DNA of 50,546 nucleotides from Eubacteriales bacterium (GTDB lineage Bacteria; Bacillota; Clostridia; Oscillospirales; CAG-272): NCBI GenBank assembly GCA_045631585.1, contig JAZQUX010000190.1, positions 1 to 50,546 of the forward strand, read 5' to 3'. Shown piece by piece: positions 46,352 to 50,546 of this stretch (position 1 is its first letter; each line of letters starts with the position of its first letter). The notes under the pieces were generated by a model. It saw only the letters and a program-made list of their open reading frames with translations, ran no database searches and was not told where the DNA came from. The position numbers and the translations under genes were made by a program.

Positions 46352-48367
46352 TTACATTCCTCCTTTGCTCATAGCTTGCATCTGCATAGCCTGCATCTGC
46401 TGATTCTGTATATTCTGCGCAATAATCGCCTTGTGCTGTTCAATATGATTCAGGAAGTATTCCGCCTTTTCGGGATATGACTTCTTAAACATCAAGAACT
46501 CTGCCTGAAGCACAAAACGCATATGCTCGTCAATGTGTATTTCGTGGTCATCGTAGCTGTTAACCTCGGGCATAATACCTTCCCTCGCAAGAGAATTTTC
46601 ACGACTTGCATACTTCTCCTGAAGCTCCGCATTGCCGACAACATCCGAGAAATCGTTAATATCAAAAGCCTCCGCAAGCTTTCTCTTTGTACGCCTGTCA
46701 AGAACACCCTGTTCATTAACAAACGCACCCATCTGAAACGCCTGAATAAAGGAAGCCTTCTTCGCTTCGGGTGACAGTACAAGCTCGTTTTCCGCTGTAT
46801 AAACAATATCGGTACTGTTAAGGTCATCACGACACCAAGCTATCACATCACCGACATCATTCGCACCCATCGCCATACAAGCTCTCTGCCCCGTAACATT
46901 CCTTCTCATAATGGATATCCAAAGCTTTGCCAAATCAAGTACAGCATCTCTGATGTTGTTGCCCGTCAACGCAAGTCTTGTGTTATCAATATCACGAAGA
47001 GTCTGCATCGCAACACCGCTGTCAACACCGCTTCGGGGATTACCCGAAACCATAAGCTGTGATACACCCGCAACATATTCCATCTCGGTACGCAAATCCT
47101 GATATGTCTGATGTACCGTTGCAGGAAGCGATACATTCTGCTTCGGAACGGGAGTCGCATATCCCTTCTTGTACGACAGCAACGAGCCCGGTGCAGAGCC
47201 GTTTTCCTCATATTCGTCCATATCAATAGCACCTTCTTCAACGATGTATCCGTTGGTGGAAAGGGTATGGATATAATTCATAATCCTATTTTTGACACCG
47301 TTGTACTTCCTCTGAAGCGGTATAAGACTTTCAATCACCGACTTGCCGAAGAACCTGCCCGAAACAACCTTTGATTTAACGGCAATAAGTGGATACTCTC
47401 CACCGGGAAGACTGCCGTAATAAATCAGTTTTTCCTGACAGTACACAACCGTTCTGCCGCTCGGATAATCCCTTGAAGGCTTTTCAAAATAGGTTATAAG
47501 CTTTGCCGCATCGGGAGTAGACACATGACCATTGCCCATAATAGTCGCCTCATATCCGTAACCGCCAAGATTCGGAGTAGGGCAGACCGAGAAGGTATCA
47601 ATATCAGCACCGTCAACCTTAATGCCGTATCTGTCGTATATCTCGCCAACAGACAACACCTGCTCAAGAATGATGTACCTTTGGTCAGCAATATTCTCCT
47701 TGTAACAGCTTTCGGGATACACCTCATACGGAGTAATCACACCGTAATCAACATCGCCCGACATAACGGGACCCGTCACAACCTCTTCGCCATTCTCGCC
47801 AACCTTAACAACAGTCTGCTGCCCCATAACATCGCCTTTGTTGCCATCCCACCACGAAAGAATGAAAGCCGTACCGCAAAGCTCCGCAAGAGTTATTACC
47901 GAATGCATCTTCAAGTCAAAGTCGGAAACCACCTGCAAGTGTCGAATAAGTGCCGTTGATACCCTCGCTTTCTGAATGTCGATAAGTTCATCCGTAGCAG
48001 GTCTAACCGTCATCGCATAAGTGATGGTCTCAAGGTTAGCAATTCTCGTTTCATACAAAGGCTCAATCTGATTGTAGGCTTCTCGCTCCTCATAGTCGTG
48101 AGGCTTTGAATACTCCTCAATCTTTCCGCTATATGTGTTAATATCAACAAACTGATTACCGCAAAGGAAATTGGAATTAAGCTCCCATTGAAGCTCCCAT
48201 GCGTGTCTTTCCTTCTTCGCCTCGCCAAGTCTGTCCTCGACCATCCCGATAAGGGTATCCTTGTACAGAGTCGTTCCATCGGGATTTACGCCAAGTGCCT
48301 TGTTTTCGTCAACGGGCTCATCCCGAGCAAACCCAAAGACGTTCTTTATTCCGTCCATCAAAGACAT
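46352..48367 (-). CDS. Portal protein (671 aa)
   Basis: Size and position (after terL, before the scaffold). ...WELQWELNSNFLCGNQF... portal-like N-terminal signature. GAGGTGA RBS. Confidence 0.8.
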   Translation of the reverse strand: MSLMDGIKNVFGFARDEPVDENKALGVNPDGTTLYKDTLIGMVEDRLGEAKKERHAWELQWELNSNFLCGNQFVDINTYSGKIEEYSKPHDYEEREAYNQIEPLYETRIANLETITYAMTVRPATDELIDIQKARVSTALIRHLQVVSDFDLKMHSVITLAELCGTAFILSWWDGNKGDVMGQQTVVKVGENGEEVVTGPVMSGDVDYGVITPYEVYPESCYKENIADQRYIILEQVLSVGEIYDRYGIKVDGADIDTFSVCPTPNLGGYGYEATIMGNGHVSTPDAAKLITYFEKPSRDYPSGRTVVYCQEKLIYYGSLPGGEYPLIAVKSKVVSGRFFGKSVIESLIPLQRKYNGVKNRIMNYIHTLSTNGYIVEEGAIDMDEYEENGSAPGSLLSYKKGYATPVPKQNVSLPATVHQTYQDLRTEMEYVAGVSQLMVSGNPRSGVDSGVAMQTLRDIDNTRLALTGNNIRDAVLDLAKLWISIMRRNVTGQRACMAMGANDVGDVIAWCRDDLNSTDIVYTAENELVLSPEAKKASFIQAFQMGAFVNEQGVLDRRTKRKLAEAFDINDFSDVVGNAELQEKYASRENSLAREGIMPEVNSYDDHEIHIDEHMRFVLQAEFLMFKKSYPEKAEYFLNHIEQHKAIIAQNIQNQQMQAMQMQAMSKGGM

Positions 48368-48383
48368 TCATATCACCTCGTCA

Positions 48384-48608
48384 TTAATGCTTACCTTTTT
48401 CTCTCCATTCCCGAACAGCCCTCTGATGTGCGGATTCCGCAGGAGCTCTTTCTGTGTCATCTGTCATCGCCTTGTATTCACTTGCATCCTTGCACATAAG
48501 TCGTATACACTCGTCCTTGTGTTCCTTGTACATCGACCGCACAAGCAAACAATTAAAGCTTATCGACAGCAGAAGACAAGCACCCGTCAGCACCAACGCA
48601 AACGCCAT
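48384..48608 (-). CDS. Small membrane protein (74 aa)
   Basis: N-terminal helix MAFALVLTGACLLLSISFNCLLV. Between terL and the portal. Confidence 0.5.
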   Translation of the reverse strand: MAFALVLTGACLLLSISFNCLLVRSMYKEHKDECIRLMCKDASEYKAMTDDTERAPAESAHQRAVREWREKGKH

Positions 48609-48610
48609 CC

Positions 48611-48877
48611 TTATTCACCGTCCTTCGGAATTACCATAGACCGTCTCTTCGATTTAGGAGCTTCCTCAACCTTTGCTTCTTCAACCGCTTCGGGAGCTTC
48701 CTCAACCTTTGCCTTTGCAGACTTCTTCTCGGTCAATGCATCCAAAGCTGCCTTTGCACATTCACGGCAAAGATAAACTCCACCAAAGTGACCGTTTCTT
48801 GCAATCAGAACAACATCTCTGTTACTGCACCCCTTCACAGAGCAAACGTGTCTGATTCTCTTCGTGTTGTAAGCCAT
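48611..48877 (-). CDS. Small zinc-ribbon-like protein (88 aa)
   Basis: C-x4-C...C-x2-C (CSVKGC ... CRECAKA). K/E/A-rich tail. GATGAGG RBS. Confidence 0.55.
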   Translation of the reverse strand: MAYNTKRIRHVCSVKGCSNRDVVLIARNGHFGGVYLCRECAKAALDALTEKKSAKAKVEEAPEAVEEAKVEEAPKSKRRSMVIPKDGE

Positions 48878-48927
48878 ACCTCATCTTCCTTTCTTCTATA
48901 AAAAATCTATCTCAAAGCGAAACCGCT

Positions 48928-50274
48928 TCAAAATCCTCTTGTGTTCTGTCTCCGGCGCATCTCTTTCAAAACCTTTTCCTTGTGCTTTTCGACAAAACTC
49001 TTTTCATCGCTCGGAGCTTTCGACCTCAATGTATAAGCCGCACAGAAATATCGCAAAGCATCAAGATTGTGTGTGATGTCGTGGGGCTCTGTGGCACAGT
49101 CGCAAGGATTCTTCTCATCGTGCTGTATCTTCGGAATGTTTCGTATAAGCTCAATACAGTTAGAAAATATCTGCAAATAAGCCGTCATCCCTTCACCGTC
49201 AACACTCGGTAAAGGCTTAAGCCATTCTTTAACATTGCTCCATCCGTCAACTCTGCTGTTCGGAGCTTTAACAACACCCGTCAAGCCGTGTTCGATAAAC
49301 AAATCCGCAATACTCTTTCCGCTGTCCTTACTCCTTGACCATAAGTCGGGAGGAATAAACGTCGAGTAATACAGTTCCCCCTCGGAAAGCTCGTTTATCT
49401 TCTTCGCCGCATCGGAAACAATCATTTCGGATACATTCAATTCCCGATATACATAAGCCTTGCCATCAGTCCCAATAGCCACCCAAAGGCAAGCGAGTCT
49501 GTCCAAACCATAGTCGAATGCCCTGTATCTGTTCCAATGGTCGGGTATGGGGAAAGGCTCGCAAACATGAATGTCTCTGCTGAATTCGGGGAAGAACTGA
49601 CCTGCAAACACATCCCAATCTCCATCTCGCCACGCACGTCTCAAATCCTCGGGAAGCGAATTCAAATCGTCAACATATTCGGGCTGCATCTCCATAAGTA
49701 CGGGATTATCAAAAACCGTTGCCCTTATAAACTCATAGTCCTCGGACTTTTCGCCCTCACGGAAATCCCTATCAACAAACAGCCTCTTAACCCATTCGTG
49801 ACCCACACCACCGGGGTTACAAGTCAAATACATCCTCTTCGGGAAGCCGTTGACACCTCTGACAGAAGCCTTCAACATACTAAATATCGCCTCGGAGAAC
49901 TGTGTAGCCTCGTCAAGTGCGATAATGTCGTATTCATTACCCTGATAGCGCAAAGCATCCGTTTCGTTTTCACAATATCCGAACAAGATTCTGCTACCAT
50001 TCGGGAACACCATCGTCTTGTCTGTAGCTCTATATGTTGCGATACCCTTCAAATCAATCATCAATGGCTTGATATGGTTTTCCCTTAATTCCGGGTAAGA
50101 CCGTCGGAGCAAAAGCACCGTAAGCCCATCGTAATTAAGACACATTAAGCACAGCTTCTTTCGGAGCGCCCAAGATTTTCCGCCACCTCTCGCACCGCCG
50201 TATGCGACATATTTCCTCTGACATCGCATAAACTCGACCTGCTTCGGGTTGGGCGTATCAAGTCTGAATTCCAA
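48928..50274 (-). CDS. terL: Terminase large subunit (448 aa, TTG start)
   Basis: NPKQVEF...AYGGARGGGKSW Walker-A region and DEAT(Q) Walker-B-like IIALDEATQF. TTG at 50274 with an in-frame TGA just upstream. 11 nt downstream of the terS stop. Confidence 0.9.
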   Translation of the reverse strand: MEFRLDTPNPKQVEFMRCQRKYVAYGGARGGGKSWALRKKLCLMCLNYDGLTVLLLRRSYPELRENHIKPLMIDLKGIATYRATDKTMVFPNGSRILFGYCENETDALRYQGNEYDIIALDEATQFSEAIFSMLKASVRGVNGFPKRMYLTCNPGGVGHEWVKRLFVDRDFREGEKSEDYEFIRATVFDNPVLMEMQPEYVDDLNSLPEDLRRAWRDGDWDVFAGQFFPEFSRDIHVCEPFPIPDHWNRYRAFDYGLDRLACLWVAIGTDGKAYVYRELNVSEMIVSDAAKKINELSEGELYYSTFIPPDLWSRSKDSGKSIADLFIEHGLTGVVKAPNSRVDGWSNVKEWLKPLPSVDGEGMTAYLQIFSNCIELIRNIPKIQHDEKNPCDCATEPHDITHNLDALRYFCAAYTLRSKAPSDEKSFVEKHKEKVLKEMRRRQNTRGF

Positions 50275-50285
50275 TCACATCACCA

Positions 50286-50546
50286 TCACTTTGCAAGGTC
50301 CTGAACTTCCTTTGAGAGCTGAACTACGACCGTATTGTCAACCTTTTCGTCATCGTTATATGCTCCGATAAGCTTTGCGTTAACCTCTATCGCCTTGAGA
50401 AGGATATCTGCCGCAGCCTTATTGATGACTCCGATACCCTCGACATTTTTCGCTACGCAGATTTTTGCCTTTCGCATAACAAATTCGCAGTCTCGGATAA
50501 GTCGTTCCTTTGTGACGGGCTCTTCAGCCCCAATCGCATCGCTGTC
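50286..50546 (-). CDS. terS: Terminase small subunit, 3' part of a second, slightly diverged copy (5' end beyond the window)
   Basis: Same reading frame and identical protein sequence to copy 1 over the 218-bp overlap. Ends ...VVVQLSKEVQDLAK, stop at 50286-50288. Confidence 0.6.
   Translation of the reverse strand, partial: DSDAIGAEEPVTKERLIRDCEFVMRKAKICVAKNVEGIGVINKAAADILLKAIEVNAKLIGAYNDDEKVDNTVVVQLSKEVQDLAK
50329..50546. repeat. Right copy of the 218-bp window-end direct repeat
   Basis: See 1-218. Confidence 0.95.

Larger units (their letters stand above)
1..50328. mobile_element. One full genome unit of a temperate, probably short-tailed dsDNA phage in attP (non-integrated, circular or concatemeric) configuration
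   Basis: Packaging/head, tail, lysis, lysogeny (integrase plus tRNA-3'-half att core flanked by phage genes on both sides) and replication/recombination modules are all present. Bases 1-218 recur at 50329-50546, so the unit length is 50,328 bp. Confidence 0.8.

Overview
The window holds one complete, tightly packed genome unit (50,328 bp) of a temperate dsDNA phage. The host looks like a low-GC Gram-positive (Bacillota/Clostridia-like), judging from AGGAGG-type RBSs, GTG/TTG starts, ATGA-type coupled genes and TTGACA-N17-TATAAT promoters. The genome is in the non-integrated attP (circular or concatemeric) configuration: bases 1-218 recur at 50329-50546 inside the small-terminase gene.

Layout:
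(i) Minus-strand late genes wrap round the window ends: terS, terL, portal, scaffold and major capsid, then a terminator; connector and short-tail/fibre genes; an M23-peptidase endolysin plus 3-4 small membrane (holin-like) genes; a mini sigma-region-4-like gene, then a terminator; then a 500-aa ORF and a giant 3,777-aa multidomain ORF.
(ii) A six-gene accessory cassette sits next to attP.
(iii) The plus-strand lysogeny module has two XRE repressor-like genes, a 4-TM membrane protein, a tyrosine integrase, and an attP core that is the 3' half of a type-II (Leu-like) tRNA.
(iv) A long minus-strand early operon carries an Xis-type HTH, a PD-(D/E)XK exonuclease with RecT, SSB, an ERCC4 nuclease, a CHC2 zinc-finger protein, a DUF927-type helicase, an iteron origin, two C5-cytosine methyltransferases and a late-regulator candidate.
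(v) A plus-strand island of ten small unknown genes sits beside a divergent HTH regulator.

I saw no rRNA, complete tRNA, CRISPR array, transposase or reverse transcriptase.

Most worth a second look:
- the giant polyvalent-type protein (HExxH, ParB-like and ART-like motifs, most of it unassignable)
- the attP-proximal cassette with a BclA-C/C1q-like protein and a Gly/Cys-rich membrane protein
- a methyltransferase with five tandem TRD-like modules
- a 32-nt late-promoter motif present three times, each behind a terminator
- face-to-face consensus promoters at the immunity region
- an antisense promoter-plus-terminator small-RNA unit
- window-end repeats that differ only at synonymous third-codon positions

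All family assignments are motif reading from memory, not database searches.
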